A stretch of DNA of 64,000 nt, taken from the IMG/VR virus record IMGVR_UViG_3300042270_000151, positions 62,001-126,000 of that record; one strand, written 5' to 3'. This document shows, piece after piece, positions 1 to 10,151 of the stretch. This stretch comes from an uncultured virus (IMG/VR IMGVR_UViG_3300042270_000151). Lineage: Duplodnaviria; Heunggongvirae; Uroviricota; Caudoviricetes. The translations under genes were made by a program, and so were the position numbers. The notes under the pieces were generated by a model. It ran no database searches, was not told where the DNA came from, and saw only the letters and a list, made by a program, of their open reading frames with translations. Positions within the stretch are counted from its first letter, which is position 1; each line of letters opens with the position of its first letter.

Positions 1-2
1 AA

Positions 3-164
3 ATTGGCACTTACTCCGTAGACGACTGGAATCAAACGTTCCGCTTGGGAGTGGACCGCGAATGGGACCGTGCGTGGCCACTGAACATCGTCTGGTTGGT
101 TATTGCGAACGGCCGTGAAAAGGTAGTGGGGATTACGCCACTGTCTATCGAAAACGACATTTAA
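3..164 (+). CDS. 3' end of an upstream gene (partial), probably a virion protein
   Basis: Open frame from the window edge to TAA at 162-164, followed by a strong hairpin; product inferred only from its position before the terminase. Confidence 0.5.
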   Translation: MGTYSVDDWNQTFRLGVDREWDRAWPLNIVWLVIANGREKVVGITPLSIENDI

Positions 165-168
165 CACC

Positions 169-205
169 ATACTCTCCCTATCCCCACTGGGGATAGGGAG
201 AGTAT
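169..205 (+). terminator. Intrinsic terminator-like hairpin
   Basis: 17-bp perfect stem ATACTCTCCCTATCCCC/GGGGATAGGGAGAGTAT just after a stop codon. Confidence 0.7.
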
Positions 206-265
206 CTTTAAAAGGTACCGTGCGATTGAATCTATTAGTTAACTTTACCTTTAAGGATATTCGGT

Positions 266-2404
266 ATGATTTTGTTCAAATCTGATTGGAACCGATACGG
301 TACCGCCATTGCAGATACTCGCACGACAAACGAGTCCTTCTTACGTCTAGCAGCGGTCTACCGTGAGATGGGGGTTGAGAACCATGCGTTTCACCTATCG
401 TTGTTAAATCCCGCACTGCAAGGCATAAATCCCCATGACCCTAATTTGGATTTTGAAACGAAGGTCGCGATTGCCACTGAATGTCAGTGGAACCCTTGGT
501 ACGTTGTACGTGAGGTAATTCGCTTGCCGCCACAGGGTGGTCCTGCCCCTATACCCTTTAAGGCTAATCGCGGCAATATCTCCATGATGTGGTGCTTCTT
601 CAACCACATCGATTATGCACTCATTCAACCGCGTCAGACCGGTAAATCGGCATCCACAGATGTACTCATGGTCATTATCCTGGCCATGATGGCGTGGAGT
701 ACCAAAGTACAGCTTATTACCAAGGACCATCCCCTACGTCGACAGAACGTCGCCCGTATAAAGGCCATACGCGATCAATTGCCGAATTACCTTAATCCGA
801 CAACCCGTAACGATGCGGATAACACCGAAATCATTACCATGGTTGAGCGCTCCAATGAATACCTCACCGCAGTGGGACAGAAGTCGCGTGAGGGGGCGGA
901 TAACCTGGGTCGTGGTTTGACGGCGGCTATACTCCAAGCGGACGAGCTACCCTACATCCCGAACATCCACATCTCCTTGCCGGTTGCACTGGCGGCGGCT
1001 ACAGCGGCGCGTGAGAATGCGAAGATGGCACGAGGACTCTATGGGAACATCTTTACCACGACAGCGGGTCGTAAGGATACGAAAGAAGGACGTTTTGCTT
1101 ATAACCTTGTACATAATGGCATGTACTGGAATGAATGCCTGTACGACTGTGTGAACATTGAGGATCTAGTGCGGGTTATTAAAGCTAACTCTACCTCAAA
1201 CAGTCCCATGATTAACGGTACCTTTAGTCACCGTCAGTTGGGTAAAACGGACGAGTGGTTACGAGAAGCGATCGATAACGCCCGTGCATCTGAAGACTTG
1301 GCAAACCGTGACTTCTTCAATATCTGGACCAGTGGTACGGAGAGTTCGCCTCTCTCTATACAGTTAAACCAAGCCATCGCCTTATCTGAGATGGATCCGC
1401 TTTATATTGAGCGTAGTAGTAACAACTACATACTTCGGTGGTACCACCCACATGCGGACATTACACGGGTGATGGAGAGCCATTGGCACATCTTATCACT
1501 GGATAGCTCGAACGCCGTAGGGCGCGATAGCAATGGACTTGCGGTACTCGATAGTCGTGACCTTTCGATTACCGCAGCCTCCGATATTTCAGAGGCTAAC
1601 CTGTACCGTTATGCAGAATGGTTATTACAGCTCATGGTGCGGTTCCCAAAAACCATCCTGATGATCGAGAACAAATCCTCAGCACAGGGCATCTTGGACT
1701 ATTTGATTGCGAAACTACCGACGTACGGTGTTGACCCCTTCCGTCGCATTTACAATCGATTGATTGACAATAAGGCTGAGTACCCCGAAGACTACAAGGA
1801 GCTGTGTCGTCCCTTGAGTCAGCGTAAGGAGGAGTTCTACTTACGACATAAAGGTAAGTTTGGCTTTATGACCACGGGTAACCGCAGGGCGTTTCTGTAC
1901 GATACAGTCCTCCAGCAAGCGGCGAAGACCACCGCACATAAAGTGCGAGACCGCACCCTGTCCTCTGAGATACGGGGATTGGTTACCCGCAATGGGCGGG
2001 TGGACCATCCAGAAGGGGGCCACGATGATTTGGTCATGGGGTGGTTATTGGGGCACTGGTTCCTATCCCACGGACGCCACTTGGATGAATACGGCTTGGA
2101 TACCCGGGACGTAATGTCATTGGTATCGGACGACGGGGCAACTCTGTCAGAAGAGGATGCCGTTAAACGGGGTGAGCAGGCTAAACTTAGATTAGAGATT
2201 GAAGACCTTAAGGAACAGCTTAAAGACGCAGATAGTCCGGCAGAACGTATTCGTATTGAAGCAAACCTTAAACGGTTGGTTGCGCGTACGGAGGTGGATG
2301 GCGGTAGCGCCATGTCAATGGACAGTATTTTAGAGCAGGTCAAAGAGTCCAAGCGCAAGACAAACAGCTTACGAGGGGCGGTGTTGCGAAATAGAGGCTA
2401 TTAA
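266..2404 (+). CDS. terL: Terminase large subunit, phiKZ-like
   Basis: Walker A PRQTGKS, Walker B ILQADE, TTTAG coupling motif, nuclease LSLDSS and GHDDLVMG motifs; 712 aa. Confidence 0.9.
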   Translation: MILFKSDWNRYGTAIADTRTTNESFLRLAAVYREMGVENHAFHLSLLNPALQGINPHDPNLDFETKVAIATECQWNPWYVVREVIRLPPQGGPAPIPFKANRGNISMMWCFFNHIDYALIQPRQTGKSASTDVLMVIILAMMAWSTKVQLITKDHPLRRQNVARIKAIRDQLPNYLNPTTRNDADNTEIITMVERSNEYLTAVGQKSREGADNLGRGLTAAILQADELPYIPNIHISLPVALAAATAARENAKMARGLYGNIFTTTAGRKDTKEGRFAYNLVHNGMYWNECLYDCVNIEDLVRVIKANSTSNSPMINGTFSHRQLGKTDEWLREAIDNARASEDLANRDFFNIWTSGTESSPLSIQLNQAIALSEMDPLYIERSSNNYILRWYHPHADITRVMESHWHILSLDSSNAVGRDSNGLAVLDSRDLSITAASDISEANLYRYAEWLLQLMVRFPKTILMIENKSSAQGILDYLIAKLPTYGVDPFRRIYNRLIDNKAEYPEDYKELCRPLSQRKEEFYLRHKGKFGFMTTGNRRAFLYDTVLQQAAKTTAHKVRDRTLSSEIRGLVTRNGRVDHPEGGHDDLVMGWLLGHWFLSHGRHLDEYGLDTRDVMSLVSDDGATLSEEDAVKRGEQAKLRLEIEDLKEQLKDADSPAERIRIEANLKRLVARTEVDGGSAMSMDSILEQVKESKRKTNSLRGAVLRNRGY

Positions 2405-2408
2405 TAAT

Positions 2409-2442
2409 AATACTCCACTCCCCGGGTGGGGAGTGGAGTATT
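2409..2442. terminator. Bidirectional terminator hairpin between convergent genes
   Basis: 15-bp stem AATACTCCACTCCCC/GGGGAGTGGAGTATT. Confidence 0.7.
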
Positions 2443-2446
2443 CGTG

Positions 2447-2917
2447 TTATATGCTGTGTAGCCATACCAGGTTATAACCATCCCACATTGCCAGCCCTAA
2501 CTTCACGCGCTTGAAGTGATCAATCGTGTCGTCTAACGGCCAGCGACTGAGGAAGTCATCATCGGGCATTGGAAAGATGCAGGCAACGACACCGGCCTGT
2601 TTGATTACCCCTGTGCAATGGGTACACGGCGGGTGGGTTACAAACAGAATGCTTTCCTCTACCCGGCTGCCACTGGAGAGTGCATTTAAACAGGCATTCG
2701 TTTCTGCATGCAAGATGTGTTTGTACTTAAAAGCCCGGTCATGGTAAAAGGCTGGAGTATCATCCATCCCCCGTGGAAACCCATTGTACCCCAACGCCAG
2801 TACATTCTTATCCATGTTCACTAACAGTGCGCCTACCTGCGTTGAGGGGTCCTTTGACCAGGTAGCGACGTGACGACTTAGCTCCACAAATCGCTCTGTC
2901 CATTTAGTCGAGATCAT
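2447..2917 (-). CDS. dCMP deaminase
   Basis: SKDPSTQVGA, GYNGFPRG, HAETNA and PCTHC zinc-binding motifs. Confidence 0.92.
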   Translation of the reverse strand: MISTKWTERFVELSRHVATWSKDPSTQVGALLVNMDKNVLALGYNGFPRGMDDTPAFYHDRAFKYKHILHAETNACLNALSSGSRVEESILFVTHPPCTHCTGVIKQAGVVACIFPMPDDDFLSRWPLDDTIDHFKRVKLGLAMWDGYNLVWLHSI

Positions 2918-3285
2918 GTATTTTTCTTCACCCGTTTAATACAGATAAGGTTAACGTCCCACGAAAGCTGACACAGGCACCCTTCTTCTGTAACCGCCTG
3001 AAGGGGCCAAGTGGTTACAGCCCAGCTATATGGGCCTGCCACCTCTACACTGATGTCCCAGTTATGGGCATTCAGCGTGGGTTTCAACAGCTCTACAATT
3101 GTGGTATGAAGATTCGCCTCATTCACCGACTGGGGGAGAGGCTTCACTTCCATGATGGTGTTATTGAAGTCAGTTAAGGCACAGGTCAGGGTATAGGCGA
3201 AGTTTTCACTGTCGATTTTGCCGGGATCCAGCAATGCCGTAAGGGAGGTCTTATTACAGAGACATTTATCCGGTAAACAACTCAT
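2914..3285 (-). CDS. Hypothetical protein
   Basis: 123-aa ORF overlapping the dCMP deaminase start by 4 nt. Confidence 0.6.
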   Translation of the reverse strand: MSCLPDKCLCNKTSLTALLDPGKIDSENFAYTLTCALTDFNNTIMEVKPLPQSVNEANLHTTIVELLKPTLNAHNWDISVEVAGPYSWAVTTWPLQAVTEEGCLCQLSWDVNLICIKRVKKNT

Positions 3286-3296
3286 GAGGGATACTC

Positions 3297-5084
3297 TTAT
3301 TTGAAATGATTAAGGGTGAGTAGGCGAATGGTTAGGTAAACTAAGACTGCAATACGGGTAGAGGCCTGCACCGTAGTGTTACGTTTTTCCAATGCCTTTT
3401 CTATAAGATCGGCCGTCAGGCTACGTAAGGCAATGGCGTCCGAGGCGGCAAGCTGTGAGGAGCGCATCAGGTTACGCACTTTCATGACCACATGAATAAG
3501 GGTACGTTCACTAGCCGGTGCACGACGCAAATACCCCTGGATAAAGATTACTAACGCATCGACCAAGGCCTCAACGGAGGCCCGTTCCTTGCTACCCATC
3601 GCGTCGGATAGATAAAGGAGTGCGGTACGCAGATACCGTTCATCTGCGGTAGTGACCATCTTCAAGGTACTCTCTAGCACCTCATTGCGAATAAGGTCCT
3701 GGGGATCCAGTATGATATCCTTAAGCGCACGTTGCAGCCCGGCGGCTTTATTCTCAAACTCCCGCAACACCGTCTCACCCTCTCGGGTCACTAAGGTAGA
3801 GCCCTGTGACATGACCCGTGCATCCTGATCCCGTAGACGCATGTACTCAGACTTTAACTTCTTAACGACCTCACGGATACGAGACTGGATGTCACTGATA
3901 GCGTAAATGATCTTCTCGTCATCTGAAAAGTCAATTAGGGTCTGGTAATGAATGCTACCCTTACTGATAATGTCTTCCGACCGCGCCCGTACAAGGTTAC
4001 CCCAGGTATGGTACTGCTTCAGCATAGATTTACGACTCAAAGAGTCATACAGTGCCAGTGCAATCGCCTCTTGTGCCCGGTACGGGAATTGGTGGTACAG
4101 TAGGGAGGATAGGAACTGGTAATGCATGTGTGCAAGGATTGCCACCGCAACCTCTGTACGCTCGCGTTCGGGTAGATCACCGGTCAGTACCCGGTGCACT
4201 GCGTATAGGAAACTTGCGTTTATCGGGTTCCCCACGACATGGAAGTCAGGGTTAATGGTCGGAAGGTCGTGGAAATCCTGTTTCAGGCTACGTACGTCAT
4301 CGATACGCAGTCGCTCATACCACTCTGATGCATCATCGGCACGCCAGTGTAACCGATAAACACCTACCAGATTTCCCCCTAGGAAATTAATGTGTTCCTC
4401 ATCACGACCTTCAAAGGCCCGAATCGTCGTTAGGGTGAGCTTACCCCATCGTCGGTCGAAGGTTACCGACTTACAATACTCATCGTACACCGCTTTTATA
4501 TTCACATAGGTGGACTCACCCCGTGCTTCCATCGCAGGTGAACCAGTCGGGTGAGGCGGCAGTACATTGGATGTCGTGGGTGGTGCCGGTGAAATGGTCT
4601 TACACCAGTCACCTAACGTCCCATTAAACGGCGTACGTGTCTCCCCGTCTACGTACTCTACGCGTACACGGTTCTCGACGTCTGTGTAGATCCACACCTC
4701 AACGGATAGCGGGTGGAGTCGGCCAATGGGCAAATACCATCGGTTATCGGTAGCAGACTGTTTATTAGCCAGTAGAGTCTCAATGCGCTCACTGATTTCC
4801 AGTATGCCATAGAGCTCTACTGTAACACGGGCACCGATATAGGGTACGGTATAAAGGGCTTCTTTATCGATACCATTACCGATGGCGACTAAATGGGTTT
4901 CGAGTTCAGGGCAGGGCAAAAGTTTTAACCCTTTGAGACGGGATACCAGTTTTGCCAGTACCACGCGTGGTACTAACGCGCCACTGAGGGATAGGGTACT
5001 GGTACGACCTACTGCCGCGTGGAGCCTAGACAGTGTAGACTTCGCCTGGGCGACAGCGTCATTTTGCATAAGTAATGTGTTCAT
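3297..5084 (-). CDS. Large hypothetical protein, probably conserved in phiKZ-like phages
   Basis: 595-aa ORF; no catalytic motif recognised. Confidence 0.65.
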   Translation of the reverse strand: MNTLLMQNDAVAQAKSTLSRLHAAVGRTSTLSLSGALVPRVVLAKLVSRLKGLKLLPCPELETHLVAIGNGIDKEALYTVPYIGARVTVELYGILEISERIETLLANKQSATDNRWYLPIGRLHPLSVEVWIYTDVENRVRVEYVDGETRTPFNGTLGDWCKTISPAPPTTSNVLPPHPTGSPAMEARGESTYVNIKAVYDEYCKSVTFDRRWGKLTLTTIRAFEGRDEEHINFLGGNLVGVYRLHWRADDASEWYERLRIDDVRSLKQDFHDLPTINPDFHVVGNPINASFLYAVHRVLTGDLPERERTEVAVAILAHMHYQFLSSLLYHQFPYRAQEAIALALYDSLSRKSMLKQYHTWGNLVRARSEDIISKGSIHYQTLIDFSDDEKIIYAISDIQSRIREVVKKLKSEYMRLRDQDARVMSQGSTLVTREGETVLREFENKAAGLQRALKDIILDPQDLIRNEVLESTLKMVTTADERYLRTALLYLSDAMGSKERASVEALVDALVIFIQGYLRRAPASERTLIHVVMKVRNLMRSSQLAASDAIALRSLTADLIEKALEKRNTTVQASTRIAVLVYLTIRLLTLNHFK

Positions 5085-5153
5085 AGTCTACCTTGGTACT
5101 TAAGGGAATCTATAGCATCGGCCTAAGTAACTGCTTTTGAATATTAACGTAAA

Positions 5154-5163
5154 CCTATATTAC
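5154..5163 (+). promoter_or_regulatory. phiKZ-type early promoter motif CCTATATTAC
   Basis: Contains TATATTAC, the phiKZ early promoter consensus; one of 8 copies at the heads of gene clusters in this window. Confidence 0.8.
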
Positions 5164-5421
5164 CGATACGTATAGGCGGCATAAAGTGCGTCCCTAACGG
5201 ACGCCAGTGAGGTATATAAAAAGAGAGGACATCTCAACGACATGTCCTCTAAACGAAAAGGAAATGTAAATGATGCAGGACACTTACATAGGATATCGAG
5301 TAAGGGCATAGGGGTCCGCCCCTTGGCCGGGGGCGGACGGATCAAGGAGCTTACCGTAATGGCTAAACGGTCAGCGTGTCACTAACGGAGTAACATATGA
5401 TACAGATTAAGGAGATAGGGT

Positions 5422-5625
5422 GTGCGTAACGTAGATCTACCTGTCACGTTAAAAGAAGACCTCCACCGCTTACATTGTGGAGTGGACGGTGACAGAGTTA
5501 TTTATTTAGGTGGTGACGTCACCTCAATGGTACAGCATGAGGTGGATTTGCTACAGCTGCGCTATGACTGGTGGTTAGACAATTTAGAGGAGGCTGCAAA
5601 ATGCCGAAGGACCAAAAAGAACTGA
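5422..5625 (+). CDS. Small hypothetical early protein
   Basis: GTG start preceded by AAGGAG; 67 aa. Confidence 0.55.
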   Translation: MRNVDLPVTLKEDLHRLHCGVDGDRVIYLGGDVTSMVQHEVDLLQLRYDWWLDNLEEAAKCRRTKKN

Positions 5626-5744
5626 TCGCCCTCCTGCGGGAAGCGCGTGAGGTGTTAATGGCACAGGGGTCACATTCCGACCTGTGCTTTCGTTTAAAGC
5701 GCATGCAGCGCAGGATTGTTAAAGGAGAGACGAATGAACGTTAA
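5601..5744 (+). CDS. Small hypothetical protein (47 aa; not in ORF track)
   Basis: GAGGAGG RBS then ATG; MPKDQKELIALLREAREVL... Confidence 0.55.
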   Translation: MPKDQKELIALLREAREVLMAQGSHSDLCFRLKRMQRRIVKGETNER

Positions 5745-5850
5745 ACGACTCGTTTCACGTGTCCCGGAATCTGTCAAGGCACTGTTTGTCTTACTCTTTA
5801 TAATTGCAATGTACGGCCTGGCAGATGCCGTAGATCGCCTTCCATTATAA
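5734..5850 (+). CDS. Small membrane peptide (38 aa; not in ORF track)
   Basis: AAGGAG RBS; MNVKRLVSRVPESVKALFVLLFIIAMYGLADAVDRLPL with one hydrophobic segment. Confidence 0.55.
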   Translation: MNVKRLVSRVPESVKALFVLLFIIAMYGLADAVDRLPL

Positions 5851-5860
5851 GGGGGTTAGC

Positions 5861-6250
5861 ATGTATATCAAAGATGGTCGTTATGTTAACGCTGTACGAT
5901 CGACTGGTGTTACCCGCGCTATGGCGGAATACCACCGTATACGGCGTAACCTGTTTGCTGGACTACTAGGTCGGTCAGTGTATAGTTATCCAATCGCAGA
6001 TTACACAGACAGTTACTGGATGGTGGATGCGGAAGGCACATGGTGGATAGGGGACACTGTAACAGAAACTTTAACTTTACGGTACATTGGATGGGCGTGT
6101 CGTAAAGCTGACTGTAACTACGTGCATCCGGATGATCCGGTTGAGTGGCACGCAAACGGTGTAAGGGCGATTCTAACAGAGTCAGAGGTACCTGAGATTG
6201 TTATCTTGGATACAGATAAGCAGATACCAATAACGGTGAGAGGATATTAA
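5861..6250 (+). CDS. Hypothetical protein
   Basis: 129-aa ORF in a tightly packed operon. Confidence 0.6.
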   Translation: MYIKDGRYVNAVRSTGVTRAMAEYHRIRRNLFAGLLGRSVYSYPIADYTDSYWMVDAEGTWWIGDTVTETLTLRYIGWACRKADCNYVHPDDPVEWHANGVRAILTESEVPEIVILDTDKQIPITVRGY

Positions 6251-6251
6251 G

Positions 6252-6905
6252 GTGTTAGAGAATCTTTATAAACGTAAGTTGGTTTGGCTGGATATGGAAA
6301 CGGGTGGTCTGAGCGGCTATCAGGAGGGAGGCTTCTATGGGGCAGCTACTTATCCAATCTTGGAGGTAGCCTGCTTTGTCACCGACCTGGAAATGTCCGA
6401 GGACATCGAAAAGGTTAACGTCTTTGAGGTAGCGATACATGCCTCCAGTGATGACATTGCCAAGCTCCACCCTTGGGCACTGGAGCAACACACCAAAAGT
6501 GGCTTACTGGAGAAATGTCAGCAGTCCAATACTACTCTGAAGGACGCAGAGGAGCAACTCATTCAGTTCCTGAAAGAGCAGGGGATTACCCAGTTCAATC
6601 GGGATAATCCAGACAATAACGGTGTACTGACGGGCAACAGCATCGGCTTTGATCGGGACTTTATTCGCCACCAAATGCCCACGTTGGATTCATACCTGCA
6701 TTACCAGATGGTGGACGTATCGGGCTTCAAGTACGCCTTCCCGGGTCTACTTAAGCCCATCGATAAAGTTTACGCCCACACCGCCCTGGCAGATATACGT
6801 GAAACGTATAGAGAGCTCAAGGCTTACCGTGGGCAACTCATGTTCTCCCCCGTATGCTTCGCGTGTGGTGGAATGTGTAGCTGCTCATCAATCGCTGATG
6901 AGTAA
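6252..6905 (+). CDS. orn: Oligoribonuclease (DEDDh exonuclease)
   Basis: LVWLDMETGGL, GNSIGFDRDFI, LHYQMVDVS and HTALADIRE match Orn motifs. Confidence 0.88.
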   Translation: MLENLYKRKLVWLDMETGGLSGYQEGGFYGAATYPILEVACFVTDLEMSEDIEKVNVFEVAIHASSDDIAKLHPWALEQHTKSGLLEKCQQSNTTLKDAEEQLIQFLKEQGITQFNRDNPDNNGVLTGNSIGFDRDFIRHQMPTLDSYLHYQMVDVSGFKYAFPGLLKPIDKVYAHTALADIRETYRELKAYRGQLMFSPVCFACGGMCSCSSIADE

Positions 6906-6950
6906 ATGGCGCATTCTGTAAAATACCCAATACATAGGTGAGGAGTCTAT

Positions 6951-8039
6951 ATGTTAAAACGCAACGTGCTGGTAGAGAAAATCGCACAAGAGGCCGCTAT
7001 GGCAAACGATAAACAGTATCCCGAGATCTTTTTGGATGCCCGCCTCTACAACATGGGGATCTGCCCCATCCTGCACCGACACCGCATTACTACGGGTGAG
7101 TCGCCTGATACCCTTACGGGTGCGCTGGGGGCATTGGCACGGGCAATCGATAATCAGTGCATGACGATGGGGGCGGCCATTTATGGACCTCGCACAGTCG
7201 TCCTCTATAATCGGGACGACCCTAATGAACTGGTTGGCCGCATTTGCGTACGGGAAAATACTCACGGGACGTTAACCGTCGTTGGAGTCATAGACGATGA
7301 GTGGGAGAAAAAATACCTGGAGATGATGAATAGTTGTTTCACACTCGCCACACAGGTAATGGTCAACGTCTACCGTGTTAGCGCCCGTGGCATCACTAGC
7401 AAGGCACTACCCTTGACGGAGGATAGTGTTCCCACCTTTAAAGCGGAACATTATCCGTATCTGGACCAGTCACCGGAGGATTTGATGGCCGCCTTTATGG
7501 GGTCGACCTCCAACGTACTCTTTATCATTGGCCCTCCGGGTACCGGCAAAACCAGCTACATCAAAGGGTTAACCATGGCGGCAGCCAGGCAGGGCGTAGA
7601 GAATGTCAGCCTATATCAGGACGCCGCGGTATTGGAGCACCCCGGCGTGAGCACTAAACTTGCAGAGGACATGCAGGACGATGAGGTGGGACTATTGATA
7701 ATGGAGGATGCTGATGCATTTGTGCGCACCCGTACAGAAGGCAATGTCCTTATGTCGACCCTACTGAATGGTGCGGACGGACTTGTGAGTACGCGCGCTA
7801 AAATCATTATATCCACCAACCTGGAGAGTACCAGTAAGGTAGACTCGGCCCTACTGCGGCCGGGTCGATGCTACGGCATTTTGAAATTTAGACCACTGGA
7901 GGGTGAGGAGGTGACACGTGTACGCACCCACATGGGTCTTCCGCCGGTTGACCTTACCACCGCTACGTTGGCTGAAGCTACCTCCACCTCAATGGACCTT
8001 AACCATAGAGTCAAAGGGTTTGGCTACATGGGCCATTGA
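6951..8039 (+). CDS. AAA+ ATPase
   Basis: GPPGTGKT, LIMEDAD, STN and DSALLRPGR (second region of homology). Confidence 0.88.
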   Translation: MLKRNVLVEKIAQEAAMANDKQYPEIFLDARLYNMGICPILHRHRITTGESPDTLTGALGALARAIDNQCMTMGAAIYGPRTVVLYNRDDPNELVGRICVRENTHGTLTVVGVIDDEWEKKYLEMMNSCFTLATQVMVNVYRVSARGITSKALPLTEDSVPTFKAEHYPYLDQSPEDLMAAFMGSTSNVLFIIGPPGTGKTSYIKGLTMAAARQGVENVSLYQDAAVLEHPGVSTKLAEDMQDDEVGLLIMEDADAFVRTRTEGNVLMSTLLNGADGLVSTRAKIIISTNLESTSKVDSALLRPGRCYGILKFRPLEGEEVTRVRTHMGLPPVDLTTATLAEATSTSMDLNHRVKGFGYMGH

Positions 8040-8076
8040 AAACAAGTAACTAAAACACTGTACGCCTACTGAACGT

Positions 8077-8883
8077 ATGGTAGGCATTGCCCTAATGTAC
8101 GAGCTGAAAATAACTTCATTTTCCATAAAAGGACACGTCATGAAACATCAAGAACATATTTTCGCTGTACCGGCTAACATCGTCCCTAAAGCGGACAATA
8201 CGAACCTGGTCCCCTTTACTGTAGAGGGGGGTGACATCTTTATCGGCCAGCGGGCTGGACTAGAGGTTAATCCTAACTACCGTCAGGTTCTCCCCTATGT
8301 CCTCGTAGAGTGCAACGGTAAGCTCTTTACCTACCAGCGCACTAAAGGCATTGGGGAAGATCGCCTGCTGGGCAAGCACTCCGTAGGTCTGGGCGGCCAC
8401 ATTGATATGTCCGATTTGGCCTGGAGTAATGGTCGTTCTGAGCGGCTAGATTGGGACACCACTTACCATCAGGCTATCATGCGTGAGTTGATGGAAGAGT
8501 TGGTACCGACGGCTGAGGTCAATGCCGGTGAGTTTGTAGAGGGTGGCTTTGGCTATTATCAGAAGACCGATAGTGGCTGGCATGGACAGATTGCATCGGT
8601 ACTGGGCTTCAAGGTAAAGTCCGTTCATATGCGCAATAAGATTGCAGCTGAAGGCGGTGTTGAAGCCGTTCACCTTGGCTGTCCTATCCTTATCTCGGTG
8701 ACGACTGAGGAGTGGACGACCGCTGAGGATGAGTTGGTATTCAATGGCTTCATGGATCCTCAGGATATTCTGGATGAGTTCGACTGTGAGCGTTGGACCG
8801 AGATCATACTGGAAGACTACCTGTACCACAAGATCAAGTGTGGCGGTGAGTTGACCCTTAAAGAGTGGTTCAGTAAGCGCTAA
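8077..8883 (+). CDS. NUDIX-family phosphoesterase (start may be ATG 8140)
   Basis: YRQVLPYV, GLGGHI and RELMEEL Nudix-like box. Confidence 0.75.
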   Translation: MVGIALMYELKITSFSIKGHVMKHQEHIFAVPANIVPKADNTNLVPFTVEGGDIFIGQRAGLEVNPNYRQVLPYVLVECNGKLFTYQRTKGIGEDRLLGKHSVGLGGHIDMSDLAWSNGRSERLDWDTTYHQAIMRELMEELVPTAEVNAGEFVEGGFGYYQKTDSGWHGQIASVLGFKVKSVHMRNKIAAEGGVEAVHLGCPILISVTTEEWTTAEDELVFNGFMDPQDILDEFDCERWTEIILEDYLYHKIKCGGELTLKEWFSKR

Positions 8884-8889
8884 CTATTA

Positions 8890-8938
8890 TCCCTACCTGC
8901 CCTTATGGGTGGGTAGGGACTATCTATTTTTTTTTTTA
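8890..8938 (+). terminator. Intrinsic terminator
   Basis: CCCTACCTGCCC/GGGTGGGTAGGG stem followed by a long T run. Confidence 0.75.
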
Positions 8939-9512
8939 TTGTACATTCTTACTATAGTAAAATAATCGGTGCCGCGCGCGCCACCCATTTTTGTGACCTC
9001 AGGCCGGTAAGGCCAATTTAGCTTACGCTGGGTTAGGTGTAACGCTTCGCTGGGCTACTGGTGTTTATGTCTACTGCATTCTAGTGTACAGTGTACTCTA
9101 CTACAGAGTACCCTCTATTCAAACCTGTAAAACCCTACACCCCCTAAAAGGGTGTAGGGCTAATTACTGTTATCGGTAGTCGTTCCTCCTACCTCTGATT
9201 TTATTGACTATTTTACAAGTCTTGTGAATTTTCACAAGACGTATGTATTTTTTAGAGAGAAAAAAAGACCTCAACCACTTCCAGGCTCGCCCTGGGAGGG
9301 GCGAGCTGGAAAGCGAGACACGAACCAGGAGAGACGACCGGAAGGGGGAGAGGGGCCTTACAACTCTGGATTTTCGAAAATCCCTTTAAAATCAAGCACT
9401 TAAGAAACCAGACCCCTGTAAACATTGGGGTTTGGGGTATATGCTCTATATTCTGGTTAAAAAGTGTACATGGTAAGAATCAGATAGAGTCTTTAATAAA
9501 GGAAATGTAACC

Positions 9513-10139
9513 ATGCGCAGTGTCATTTTAGAGATCGGTACTCCAGAGAAGGGTCTAGCTATTATCTATTCTGAGACAGTAGAAGGACCTAAAGATCATT
9601 TAATCCAACGATTTGTACTTCGAATCGAACCAGCCATGATAGGGGGCAACTGGTTTACACGTACACTGCGCCGTATCTTCATGACCCCTATAGAGGTACC
9701 CTTGGTCGAGTGTGAGGACGATCGTTATATGCACTACTGGTATAGCCGTGGCCAGTTCTCTATCTACAGCTACGATAAACGTCACGGTCAACGCATTACG
9801 CGGGTGGACTTAGATACAGCAGTGCATAACTACACACTGTCGGTTACCAGTACTGCAATCGAATCCCAGTCGCCACCCCAGATCGTAGATATTAGTAAGC
9901 CCGGACTGGATACCTACCTAATGATAGTCTGTGAGGATGAGGTTATACCGGATATTTACCTGATATCCAATCGAGGGGAGTTACACGAAGGGGTGGTTTC
10001 GGATATTACGCACATTGGTTCGATTGAGGTGGACTTTACCATTGAGGGCGAAGAAGCGCGCGATCTTTTGGTCGGTTGTTTAGGGGATCGGTATACATTG
10101 CGGGTCAATGCACCGGAGGCGACTCCAGAGGCGGTCTAA
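9513..10139 (+). CDS. Hypothetical protein
   Basis: 208 aa with AAAGGA RBS. Confidence 0.65.
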   Translation: MRSVILEIGTPEKGLAIIYSETVEGPKDHLIQRFVLRIEPAMIGGNWFTRTLRRIFMTPIEVPLVECEDDRYMHYWYSRGQFSIYSYDKRHGQRITRVDLDTAVHNYTLSVTSTAIESQSPPQIVDISKPGLDTYLMIVCEDEVIPDIYLISNRGELHEGVVSDITHIGSIEVDFTIEGEEARDLLVGCLGDRYTLRVNAPEATPEAV

Positions 10140-10151
10140 GGGATAAAGGTA

